This document shows positions 1 to 8,255 of a stretch of DNA of 61,879 nucleotides, one piece after another (position 1 is the first letter of the stretch; the number at the start of each line of letters is the position of its first letter). Below the pieces are notes generated by a model. It was not told the origin of the DNA and did not search any database. It saw only the letters and a list, made by a program, of their open reading frames with translations. Source of the DNA: a virus. Lineage: Duplodnaviria > Caudoviricetes. The position numbers and the translations under genes are program-made. The stretch lies in IMG/VR virus record IMGVR_UViG_3300046115_000122, positions 1 to 61,879 of that record; one strand, given 5' to 3'.

Positions 1-1
1 C

Positions 2-973
2 GACTTTTCCCTCAAGCGTCAATACCGCCGTGATGTCTGGGCGCTCTTTCGCCGGCAGTGTCCTGTGCCGAGGTGCGAGGCGCAGGCTCTATTGTTGCCG
101 TCGATTGAAGGCGACGAGATAGAGGTGACCCTTGCGAGCGGATTCCTCGAAAAGAACTTACATGTCGTCGACCGCAACGCGGCCATAGTCGCGACATTAA
201 AGCGACGCTACCCGCGCATCCAGACCTACGGCGTGGACGTCCTCACAGCGGTGCGTCGCCGCATCCCAAAGGGCACACTGCACCTCGCGAACCTCGACCT
301 GTGCGCTCCGTTGGGCCACCAGTGGGCCGCGATCGCGGTTGTGACGGCGTCGAGACTGTCGCCTGAGGGCGTGATCGCGGCGACATATCTTCGCGGCCGC
401 GACAGTCAAATCTCGTCCATTGTGAACGGGCATCGCCCAGTCGCGAGCACGCGTGAGGAGGCAATCAGATTGTGTTTCGTGCCGGAAGTGCGCGACGCGA
501 TCTTCGCGGGACAGCGCCCAGACCTTGAGCCAGCCATAGAGAGGATGATGTCGTCTGGCGAACCAGGTGAGCCACGCGAGCAGATTGCGCGGAGGTGGCT
601 GGGGCTCTACAACAAAGACTTTCGCGTCGGGCATTATCAGAGTGGTCACAGCCCAATGTCGTGGGTCGCCGGGACGACGGCCATGGCTCTACCAAGACTG
701 CCGAACCGTCCCAGTGAGTTTCCTCTTCAGGCGTGGCGTTCGCCAGAGCAACGGCTCCGCCTGGCCGACCTGTGGCTGTGCGAGTTTGAACGACATGTAT
801 ACGCCAGTCTGCTCGCGGCGTCCCACGCACACATCATTGGGTTCGGGCGCCAGTCTGTAACCGAGCGCTACTTCCACGACAGAATGAACCTGGTGAAACG
901 GTGGTTCCGCGAGCGGGACGAAGCGAAGCACGGTTTATACAGGAGGACTGACCATGCCGGTCTATCGCATTGA
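2..973 (+). CDS. Putative SAM-dependent methyltransferase-like protein, open at the 5' window edge
   Basis: Frame is open from base 2 (DFSLKRQYRRDVWALF...). Rossmann-like order LLLPSIEG / LHVVDRN / YGVDV / ANLDLC. Family call is tentative. Confidence 0.45.
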   Translation, partial: DFSLKRQYRRDVWALFRRQCPVPRCEAQALLLPSIEGDEIEVTLASGFLEKNLHVVDRNAAIVATLKRRYPRIQTYGVDVLTAVRRRIPKGTLHLANLDLCAPLGHQWAAIAVVTASRLSPEGVIAATYLRGRDSQISSIVNGHRPVASTREEAIRLCFVPEVRDAIFAGQRPDLEPAIERMMSSGEPGEPREQIARRWLGLYNKDFRVGHYQSGHSPMSWVAGTTAMALPRLPNRPSEFPLQAWRSPEQRLRLADLWLCEFERHVYASLLAASHAHIIGFGRQSVTERYFHDRMNLVKRWFRERDEAKHGLYRRTDHAGLSH

Positions 974-1241
974 CCTCGGCGACGGGACGACCGCCTTCGC
1001 GCACGTCAACTTCGGGCGTCGCGCGGGACCGCTGCCGTGCGTGGCCTTCGACGAAGAGTTGAAGGCCAAGTGCGGCCGGATGAGCGTCGCGCTCTGTGAC
1101 CACCCGAGCGGCCGCACGCTGGGCGGGAAGGAATTGACCTGCGACGCGCCGATGTGTGAGCGCCACCGAACAAAGGTCGGGCGCGGCGTTGACCACTGCC
1201 CACGGCACGCGCAGCAGCTACGCCTCGCGGAGATGGCGTGA
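954..1241 (+). CDS. Cys/His-rich hypothetical protein
   Basis: AGGAGG RBS; CDHP...TCDAPMCERH...DHCPRH. Confidence 0.7.
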   Translation: MPVYRIDLGDGTTAFAHVNFGRRAGPLPCVAFDEELKAKCGRMSVALCDHPSGRTLGGKELTCDAPMCERHRTKVGRGVDHCPRHAQQLRLAEMA

Positions 1242-1513
1242 ACATCGGGCGCGCGGTGCGCATCTGCCGGGCGGCACGTGGCTGGACGCAGACGGACCTC
1301 GGTAACAAGGCGGCCATTGGACGGTCGATGATGTGCCTCGTCGAGAAGGGGAAGCGGGATCTCTCACTCGACGCGCTGGGCCGCGTGTGCGAGGCGCTCG
1401 ACATTCCCCAACACGTGTTCATGATGATCGCCGCGACCGCGGAGGAGATCGATGCCCTCGCGCCAGGCGCGTGCGTGTCGGCCCTTCGGTGGCTGCAGGA
1501 GGCGGCAGAATGA
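1238..1513 (+). CDS. XRE/Cro-CI family HTH regulator
   Basis: IGRAVRICRAARGWTQTDLG...LVEKGKRDLSLDAL; GTGA overlap with the previous gene. Confidence 0.9.
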   Translation: MNIGRAVRICRAARGWTQTDLGNKAAIGRSMMCLVEKGKRDLSLDALGRVCEALDIPQHVFMMIAATAEEIDALAPGACVSALRWLQEAAE

Positions 1514-1926
1514 AAGCCCTCACAGTGTGCCAGCCCTACGCGACGAGGATCGCGCTCGGCGAGAAGCCGATTGAGAACCGTACGTGGCAGTCATCGTTCA
1601 TCGGACCACTGCTCATCCACGCGGGCATCTCGCGACAGTGGCTCAGCGATGGCGACGAGCGGCGCTACCCGACGATGGCGTTCGGTGCGATCGTCGCGCA
1701 GGTCGAGGTCGTCGCGTGCCTGTCGTGGTCGCTGCCCAACTGGCCGGAGCCGTGGGCCTGTCTCCACGACCACGAGGACGCGGAGGGGCCGTATTGTCTC
1801 ATCCTCGAGCACGTCCGGGCCCTGCCGAAGCCCGTCCCGTGCCGAGGCGCGCTGGGGTTCTGGACGGTGCCGGAGGCTGTGGAGCGCGCCGTGCGTGAGC
1901 AGTTGGAGGCGGTGCCCGCCAGGTGA
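1510..1926 (+). CDS. ASCH-domain protein
   Basis: MKALTVCQPYA..IALGEKPIENRTW and GPLLIHAG signature; ATGA-coupled start at 1510. Confidence 0.9.
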   Translation: MKALTVCQPYATRIALGEKPIENRTWQSSFIGPLLIHAGISRQWLSDGDERRYPTMAFGAIVAQVEVVACLSWSLPNWPEPWACLHDHEDAEGPYCLILEHVRALPKPVPCRGALGFWTVPEAVERAVREQLEAVPAR

Positions 1927-2111
1927 GGCTCCCACTCTTTGACGAGCCCGCACCGGTCAAGACGCCGCCAGCGGTCAGCGCGTGTTACTGGGAGGGATTC
2001 GCCGCGGCGTTCAACGACGACGACGTCTGTCCGTACGCCGCTGACGACCTGCGGCAGCGGTATTGGCAGGACGGTCACCGGCTGGGGCAGATCGCCAAGC
2101 CACGGCCATGA
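1923..2111 (+). CDS. Small RMF/CrpP-fold-like protein
   Basis: YWEGFAA..CPY......RYWQDG resembles the RMF pattern G..A...CPY...W..G. Confidence 0.55.
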   Translation: MRLPLFDEPAPVKTPPAVSACYWEGFAAAFNDDDVCPYAADDLRQRYWQDGHRLGQIAKPRP

Positions 2112-2124
2112 AGGAGATCAGCGA

Positions 2125-2547
2125 ATGAGAATCATGAGGGTCGTAGGTGTAACCATCGTCCTCTGCGCGTACGCGGTGTTGGCGCGCGCGCAGACCCATC
2201 CGTGCGACGTCGTCCCGCCCAACAATCCAAACTTGACGAGCCCGGTGAAAGGCGGCTTCTGCCACAACGGCCTGGACGCGGCCAGCAACCCGACCACCGT
2301 CACGGCGTTTCGTTTGTACATCGACGGTCAGCTCGTGTTCAGCGGCCCACTGACGCCGGTCGGGGCGCCGACGGCGGATGGACGGTTCTACTTCGAGACG
2401 CCACCCGTGAACGTGACCAAGGGCAGTCACGCCGTGACGTTCACGGCGGTGTCAGCCGACGGGGAATCCGCGCCGAGCCCGTCCTACCCTTTCGTGCTCG
2501 CGGGGGCCCCGCCGGCGCCTCCGACGAACCCGCGCGCGAAGAAGTAG
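2125..2547 (+). CDS. Secreted Fn3/Ig-like beta-sandwich protein
   Basis: AAGGAG RBS; signal peptide ending ARA-Q; Fn3-like end (VTFTAVSADGESAPS). Confidence 0.7.
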   Translation: MRIMRVVGVTIVLCAYAVLARAQTHPCDVVPPNNPNLTSPVKGGFCHNGLDAASNPTTVTAFRLYIDGQLVFSGPLTPVGAPTADGRFYFETPPVNVTKGSHAVTFTAVSADGESAPSPSYPFVLAGAPPAPPTNPRAKK

Positions 2548-2584
2548 CCCGGCGACCAGGAACCATGTCTATGGGGGGCTCTCG

Positions 2585-2845
2585 ATGAATCCCATTCCAC
2601 CAAAAGCGCTCAGGTCAGACCAGCGGTTCGTGGTCATCGCGAAGGACCAGGACGATTACACGCCGCTCCCGGCGGGAATGTCGCCCGACGGGGAGATGAT
2701 GATCGAGTTCGAATTCTCGGCTGAGGACCTGGCAGCGATCCTTGCCGGCGGCCGGCTCAGGCTCTGGGCGATGACCTTCAACCACAAGTGCGACGCGTGC
2801 GGTCGTCTGCACTTCAACCCGATCAAGATGGAGATTACCGAGTGA
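2585..2845 (+). CDS. Hypothetical protein
   Basis: ORF in the coupled gene chain. Confidence 0.65.
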   Translation: MNPIPPKALRSDQRFVVIAKDQDDYTPLPAGMSPDGEMMIEFEFSAEDLAAILAGGRLRLWAMTFNHKCDACGRLHFNPIKMEITE

Positions 2846-3174
2846 AGTGCAACGTCTGCCGCGGCGCCTGCTGCGAGTCGCTCACCATCCCGAGCACGGT
2901 CGCCGCGCCGTGGATGTCGATGGGCGAGGACACCGGCGACTGGATCCGGCTCCACGGCGTCCATGTCGAAGCCCGGCGCTTGACGTTCGAGTGTCGCTGT
3001 TCGGCGTTGACGCCCGAGGGCCAATGCGCGCTCTACGAGACCGTCCAGCGGCCGCTGACCTGCATTAGTTATCCCGCCGGCGGCGAGAACTGTCTCGACG
3101 CGGTACGGCGCCGGCGCACGCCGGAGCAGTATCAACAGATTCGACACGACGCTGATCCGAAGGTGTTGCTGTGA
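2842..3174 (+). CDS. YkgJ/CxxCxxCC family cysteine-cluster protein
   Basis: CNVCRGACC...CSALTPEGQCALYE...RPLTCISYP; GTGA-coupled start. Confidence 0.8.
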   Translation: MKCNVCRGACCESLTIPSTVAAPWMSMGEDTGDWIRLHGVHVEARRLTFECRCSALTPEGQCALYETVQRPLTCISYPAGGENCLDAVRRRRTPEQYQQIRHDADPKVLL

Positions 3175-4910
3175 GTGTGCTTCCGACCGCCATCCTTAAT
3201 CAGCACGTCGCCGTCCTGGGCAAGACGCGCTCCGGCAAGTCCTCCGTCATACGCGGGCTGGTCGAGGACCTGCTTGAGCGATCGAAACCGGTCTGTATCG
3301 TTGACCCGAAGGGCGACTGGTGGGGCATCAAGCTGGCGGCCGACGGTAAGGGCCCAGGCTATCCCGTCGTCATTTTCGGCGGGGAGCACGCGGACGTCCC
3401 AATCAACGAGCACGCCGGCGCGCCCGTCGCCGAGCTGTTCGCGACCGGCAACCGGCCGTGCCTGATTGACCTGGGTGGCTGGATGGTTGGACCGCGTACG
3501 CGGTTCTGGATCGAGTTCGCCTCAACGCTGTTCAAGCACACGAAGGGCGACCGCTGGCTGGTCGTCGACGAAATCCACAACTTCGCTCCGAAGGGGAAGG
3601 TGTTCGACGCGGAGGCGGGGAAGGCCCTGCACTGGGCGAACCGGCTGGCGAGCGAAGGCCTCGGCAAAGGTGTCTCGATGCTCTTCGCGTCCCAGCGGCC
3701 GCAGAAGGTGCACAACGACACCCTGACGTCGGCCGAGACGTTGATCGCGATGCGCGTCCTGCATCCGTCCGATCGCGGCGCGGTGTCGGACTGGATCAAA
3801 GGCTGCGGCGACTCGGAAGGCTCCGAGGTTCTCAATAGCCTGGCGAACATGGAGCGCGGCGAGGGCTGGGTCTGGTCGCCGGAGATCAGGTACGGCCCGA
3901 AGCGGGTCAAGTTTCCGATGTTCCGGACGTACGACTCGTTCCGCCCGCAGTCGGTCGACGACTCGAAGCGGTTGAAGGGCTGGGCGGAGGTCGACCTCGA
4001 CGAGGTGCGGGCGAAGCTGACGGCCGTCGTCGAGCAGGCGAAGGCCGACGACCCACGCGAGCTCAGGAAGCAGATCGCTGAGCTGAAGAAGCAGGCTGTT
4101 CAAAATCAACAAACTGTTGATTCAAAACAACCAAAGGTTGAGACGAAGACGGTCGAGAAGTTCGTCCTCAAGGACGGGCAGCTCGCGCGAGCCGAGAAGC
4201 TGGTCGAGCAGGTCAAGGCATCAGCGGATCGTTTTCAATCGCTCTTCGAGCCGGTGCGGCTCGTCCACGAGTCGCTTGACCAGATTGCGCACGGACTCGC
4301 GCAGGCGATCCTGCAAACCAAGACAACACCAACGACGATAGCGGTAGACAGGCCGAGCCCACACGCGCGTCGGGTTGCCCCTGCTGTGGCTCAGGCAACG
4401 AGCAGCAGGCCGGCGCGCGTGGTACCTCCCGTGTCATCGAATGGGCACAGCGAGATCGGAAACAGCGGCTTGAAGCGCATCCTGATCGCGCTGGCGCAGC
4501 GGGGCGGGCTCAACCGGCGTCAGCTCGGGCTGCGCGCCTGCCTGTCCTCGCGAAGCGGGACGTTCGACACGTATCTCAGCAAGGGGCGCACGAACGGCTG
4601 GATCGTCGGCAGTTCGCAGATGCAGATCACGGACGCCGGCGTGCAGGCGCTCGGCTCCTACGACCTGTTGCCGGAAGGCTCCGCGCTGCTCGGCTACTGG
4701 CTCGGCGAGTTGGGCAACAGCGGTGCGTCTCGCATCCTCCGAGCCCTAGCCGACGTCCATCCGCGCGCGCTCACGCGTCAGGAACTCGGGGAAGCCGCGG
4801 TATTGTCAGGTCGCAGCGGCACGTTCGACACCTATCTGAGCAAACTCAGGACGCTGGAATTGATAGAGGGTAAGGGCGAATTGAAAGCCTCGGACGAACT
4901 GTTCGATTGA
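3171..4910 (+). CDS. HerA/FtsK-like (DUF87-type) P-loop ATPase with coiled coil and two C-terminal wHTH-like repeats
   Basis: Walker A GKTRSGKS, IVDPKGD, Walker B LVVDEIH, ASQRPQ; duplicated GNSG..RIL.AL...SGTFDTYLSK. Confidence 0.85.
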   Translation: MSVLPTAILNQHVAVLGKTRSGKSSVIRGLVEDLLERSKPVCIVDPKGDWWGIKLAADGKGPGYPVVIFGGEHADVPINEHAGAPVAELFATGNRPCLIDLGGWMVGPRTRFWIEFASTLFKHTKGDRWLVVDEIHNFAPKGKVFDAEAGKALHWANRLASEGLGKGVSMLFASQRPQKVHNDTLTSAETLIAMRVLHPSDRGAVSDWIKGCGDSEGSEVLNSLANMERGEGWVWSPEIRYGPKRVKFPMFRTYDSFRPQSVDDSKRLKGWAEVDLDEVRAKLTAVVEQAKADDPRELRKQIAELKKQAVQNQQTVDSKQPKVETKTVEKFVLKDGQLARAEKLVEQVKASADRFQSLFEPVRLVHESLDQIAHGLAQAILQTKTTPTTIAVDRPSPHARRVAPAVAQATSSRPARVVPPVSSNGHSEIGNSGLKRILIALAQRGGLNRRQLGLRACLSSRSGTFDTYLSKGRTNGWIVGSSQMQITDAGVQALGSYDLLPEGSALLGYWLGELGNSGASRILRALADVHPRALTRQELGEAAVLSGRSGTFDTYLSKLRTLELIEGKGELKASDELFD

Positions 4911-4918
4911 GAGGAGCG

Positions 4919-5299
4919 ATGATGCTGAGGTTCCTATGGACTCGCCTGATTCGCCGGTGGCCGCTCTGTTGGCGAGCCAGGGTGGAACGGGACGTGGCGG
5001 CGATTGGCAACGAGCATCATGCCGTGGTGCTCCGTCTTCGGCGCCAGCACGAGGAGCAGATCCTCATCGAGCACCAACGCGTCAATGACCTCCTCCAGCA
5101 CCTGACGCGCGTCCGCTGGTCGCGTGAGCCGATGACGCCCTATCGCTACGTCTGCCAGCTTGAGATGGACACCCGAGCGGTAGAGGGGCCGAATGGCCAC
5201 AAACTCCTCGCCGAGTACTTTGCCGACACCATCCGGGGGCACATTGCGAGCAGGGAGTTCGTGCGGATAGCCAACGACGACTGGCGCGGGGCTCGGTAG
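4919..5299 (+). CDS. Hypothetical protein
   Basis: GAGGAG RBS then ATG. Confidence 0.65.
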   Translation: MMLRFLWTRLIRRWPLCWRARVERDVAAIGNEHHAVVLRLRRQHEEQILIEHQRVNDLLQHLTRVRWSREPMTPYRYVCQLEMDTRAVEGPNGHKLLAEYFADTIRGHIASREFVRIANDDWRGAR

Positions 5300-5320
5300 C
5301 TGAGGGGGGGACGTGCGGGC

Positions 5321-5839
5321 ATGGCACAGGAGATGACGAGACTCGCGACTTCGTGGCGTCCGTCGCACAAGTTTGACAGAGCGGCTCTGCCGCTAGCTGA
5401 TAGGCACTACAACCGACGCAAGGTGGGGAGTCCGCAGTTTGTCCCGCCCGGACGGTCGCTGGTGCTCCTAACGGCTGACAGGCAGGCGCTATGGGTGACG
5501 TCGTGGCCGTTCGCGGAGTTCGTCCGTCATGCGTGGCCTGGGGCGTGGGTGTGCAGTCTGTTTCGCAACGAAGGTGCCGAACTGTCGAGCACGCTCATTC
5601 GAGAAGCTGTGGCTATCACGCGAGCTCAGTGGGAACCGCCGCCACTCGGCATGGTGACATTTGTCAACAGTGACAAGGTTCGGACGAAGCGTGATCCTGG
5701 GCGCTGCTTCATTAGGGCCGGGTTCAAAGTCGTAGGTCAGACAAAGGGCGGGCTCGTGGCGTTGCAGTTGTTGCCGAGTGACATGCCAGCGCCTAATTTC
5801 GAGCTAGCCATTCCTGATCTATTTGCAGGCTGGCATTAA
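5321..5839 (+). CDS. Putative Mom-like/GNAT-fold DNA-modification protein
   Basis: ADRHY.R, FRNE..SS.LI.EA, TFV..K..PG.CF..AGF..VG pattern recalls Mom/GNAT-like phage proteins (recollection only). Confidence 0.5.
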   Translation: MAQEMTRLATSWRPSHKFDRAALPLADRHYNRRKVGSPQFVPPGRSLVLLTADRQALWVTSWPFAEFVRHAWPGAWVCSLFRNEGAELSSTLIREAVAITRAQWEPPPLGMVTFVNSDKVRTKRDPGRCFIRAGFKVVGQTKGGLVALQLLPSDMPAPNFELAIPDLFAGWH

Positions 5840-5850
5840 GTCAGGCCCTC

Positions 5851-6093
5851 ATGAACGCAGAAGACCCGACGGTCGCGGCGGTCCTGGCGGATGAGTGCGG
5901 CTACCAGGATGTCGAATGTTGGGTTCGTCAGTTGCGTGCGGCTGGCTGGTTGCCTGTTAGTGTGCGCACCAGCAAAGAGGTACATGGCTCGACAGTGTGG
6001 CGTTCACCGCACGGCCTGTTGTATCGCGGCCCGTATCGTGCGTGGCGGGTAATGAAGGATTCCGCCGGTGAAAGGACGAACGATGACTATTGA
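5851..6093 (+). CDS. Hypothetical protein
   Basis: Member of the small-gene array. Confidence 0.6.
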   Translation: MNAEDPTVAAVLADECGYQDVECWVRQLRAAGWLPVSVRTSKEVHGSTVWRSPHGLLYRGPYRAWRVMKDSAGERTNDDY

Positions 6094-6397
6094 AGCGGTT
6101 CTGGCCGAGATTCAACAGCGGCCATGCCCAGACACATTACCGTGTGCCGAGCGAACGTCGATGATGTCTGGCTGGTGCGACAGATGTCTCCTCGCCGCAG
6201 CCGCTCGCCTGCTCAGGCAGCAGCAGGGGGAAACGTTGACGCAAATTGAACGCCTGCGGGTCGCGGCCTGTCGCCACCGCGATCACACCTACAGTCTCGG
6301 CGCGACTAACGCGCTTGATGAACTAGCAGGCTGGCTGCGTCGTGCGGCGGCTCCCTCCCCAGACGACTCGACCCCAAAGGACGACGATGGCAATTGA
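6083..6397 (+). CDS. Hypothetical protein ending in the DDSTP repeat
   Basis: AAGGA RBS, ATG at 6083. Confidence 0.6.
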   Translation: MTIEAVLAEIQQRPCPDTLPCAERTSMMSGWCDRCLLAAAARLLRQQQGETLTQIERLRVAACRHRDHTYSLGATNALDELAGWLRRAAAPSPDDSTPKDDDGN

Positions 6398-6704
6398 CGC
6401 GAGTGTGTCTTACGTTGAACTTCACGAGGACGGCTCCGGAGTGTTGCATCTATGCGATCGGATCGATGACGGGCGCGCGAAGGGGCTGAGTGGGCAACCA
6501 CGATTGCATTTTGATGATGCGCCATTTGAAGTGACGGCGCTCAACGGGCTGCATGTCTGGGGCGGCGCGACGCAATTAATGCTCGGTGACACGGCAATCG
6601 CGACGCGCATCGGCTACACCAAAATCTCGTTCAATGAACGAGACGTGTTTCTCTCGGCGGTGGCGGAATATCACCGAAAGAGACGATCGGCCGCGGACAC
6701 CTAG
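6387..6704 (+). CDS. Hypothetical protein
   Basis: AAGGA RBS directly after a repeat copy, ATG at 6387. Confidence 0.65.
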   Translation: MAIDASVSYVELHEDGSGVLHLCDRIDDGRAKGLSGQPRLHFDDAPFEVTALNGLHVWGGATQLMLGDTAIATRIGYTKISFNERDVFLSAVAEYHRKRRSAADT

Positions 6705-6707
6705 ACA

Positions 6708-6911
6708 ATGGCAAAGAAGCTGCGCTATCGACTTCATTGGGCATCTGGTCAAGGGCCGAAACCTTCGCTGAAGTGGGTTGTTTACGATTGGGTGTTGATC
6801 TGTCCGGTGGCTCATGTTGAATCGCGCGTGACGGGCCGGAAGGTGTGTGCGCTTCTCAATTATGAGTTGGCGGACGACTCGACCCCACGAGAGACAACAA
6901 AGGAGAATTGA
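6708..6911 (+). CDS. Hypothetical protein
   Basis: Array member; ends ADDSTPRE. Confidence 0.55.
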   Translation: MAKKLRYRLHWASGQGPKPSLKWVVYDWVLICPVAHVESRVTGRKVCALLNYELADDSTPRETTKEN

Positions 6912-7201
6912 AAATTGGTCAAGCATTTGATCGCGATGGCAACGTGTTAGGCGACGCGTTCGGCGACACCAAACGAGAGGTCTTCGACAGACTGGAGAAG
7001 CAATTCAAAGACGCATATGAGATCCGCATCAAATCGCTGTCGGATCGCCTCCAGTGCGAGGAAGATCGGCATCAATGGAACAAGGACGCGAACGCTGAAG
7101 GCGACACTTGCAATTGCGGGGCGTGGTATCGATTCGCTGATCGAATTGAACGGACACCACCTGCGGCGGACGACTCGACCCCACGAGAGAGGACGCCATG
7201 A
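6908..7201 (+). CDS. Hypothetical protein
   Basis: AGGAG RBS, TTG start; ends ADDSTPRE. Confidence 0.65.
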   Translation: MKIGQAFDRDGNVLGDAFGDTKREVFDRLEKQFKDAYEIRIKSLSDRLQCEEDRHQWNKDANAEGDTCNCGAWYRFADRIERTPPAADDSTPRERTP

Positions 7202-7602
7202 GCAGAAGCGGCTATTTAGATGACTGCGAGAACCTTGAACTCTATCGTCAGGCTGTGCGCCGCGCTACGACTGGTTATCGCGGGCAACATCTCCTCCGCA
7301 AGCTCCGCGATGCGTTGGACGCGATGCCAGTGAAACGGCTGATTACTAACGCGATCAAGGACGATCATGGTGATGTCTGCGCGCTAGGCGCGCTGGATCC
7401 GACGGCACCCTATGAAGACGCGGAGGATCTCGCGAAGCATTTCAACGTCGCGTATGCGCTCGCGGCCGAGATCGTCTACATGAACGACGAGTGGGATGCA
7501 TGGCGCTCGCTGAGCGATACGCCCGAGCAACGCTGGGTGAGGATGCGCGCATGGGTTGAGTCGCAGATCGTTCCTGGCCCGAGAGAGGATGTGAGCGCAT
7601 GA
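7198..7602 (+). CDS. Conserved phage hypothetical protein (MSRSGY.DD type)
   Basis: MSRSGYLDD...ALDAMP.KRLI...CALG...EIVY.NDE...PEQRW.RMR.WV, a pattern I recognise from phage hypotheticals. Confidence 0.75.
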   Translation: MSRSGYLDDCENLELYRQAVRRATTGYRGQHLLRKLRDALDAMPVKRLITNAIKDDHGDVCALGALDPTAPYEDAEDLAKHFNVAYALAAEIVYMNDEWDAWRSLSDTPEQRWVRMRAWVESQIVPGPREDVSA

Positions 7603-8255
7603 GCGACCTATCCTGTAGCCATCAATATTGGGACCTTGGGCATTGCATTGACTGTTTCAAAACACAAAACCAGATTGACGCTGAGAAACGGCAGGCCCCA
7701 CCTGTTCCCAAGGCCCCGCTGCCGTCAGAGCCGCTGGACGACATGCTGCGAGAGATTCGGCGTGTTGGTGCGGATGTGGCGTGTGATCTTCATGGTAAGC
7801 CTACGCCTTCGTGTTATTACTGCCTCTGGGAAGCGATGACAGCGGCCGAAAAGTTGCTGGCCCAGCTCCGTCAGTCCCTCGCGGAGAGCCAGCAGGCGCA
7901 CGAAATGGCAGAAGACTCGCTTGCATCTGCGCTGGAAGCCGCCCAGCAGGCGCTCGCCACCGTCCAGCAGGAACGAGACGAGGCGCGCGACTTGAACAAC
8001 GAACTGCGAAAGCAGCGGTATGCGCGTCCTGGAGACCACGCTAGAGCAGATCGTGCTGAGGCTCAGGTTGCGGTGCTGACCGCCCGCGTTCGAGCCCTAG
8101 AGGCCGCGCTGACGTGGGCGCTCAATTACGTAGAGCGCGAGCTTCGACAGCTCCACGTGCTGCCGTCCGAACCATTTGAAACGTGCGTCAGTCCTCAATG
8201 CATGAAGTATCGAGAGGTAGCGGCTCTCACAACGACTCGCAGACACCCGGGCTGA
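7599..8255 (+). CDS. Coiled-coil hypothetical protein
   Basis: ATGA overlap; heptad-rich middle; CxxC motifs. Confidence 0.65.
   Translation: MSDLSCSHQYWDLGHCIDCFKTQNQIDAEKRQAPPVPKAPLPSEPLDDMLREIRRVGADVACDLHGKPTPSCYYCLWEAMTAAEKLLAQLRQSLAESQQAHEMAEDSLASALEAAQQALATVQQERDEARDLNNELRKQRYARPGDHARADRAEAQVAVLTARVRALEAALTWALNYVERELRQLHVLPSEPFETCVSPQCMKYREVAALTTTRRHPG

Larger units (their letters stand above)
6362..7190 (+). repeat. Gene-end direct repeat, 3 copies
   Basis: GGCGGACGACTCGACCCCACGAGAGA identical at 6869-6894 and 7165-7190; core GACGACTCGACCCCA also at 6362-6376. Confidence 0.95.

Noticed and set aside
6362-7190. Repeats as a CRISPR array or integron attC sites
   Set aside because: Spacing is gene-sized and irregular, the repeats are coding and non-palindromic, and no cas or integron integrase is seen.
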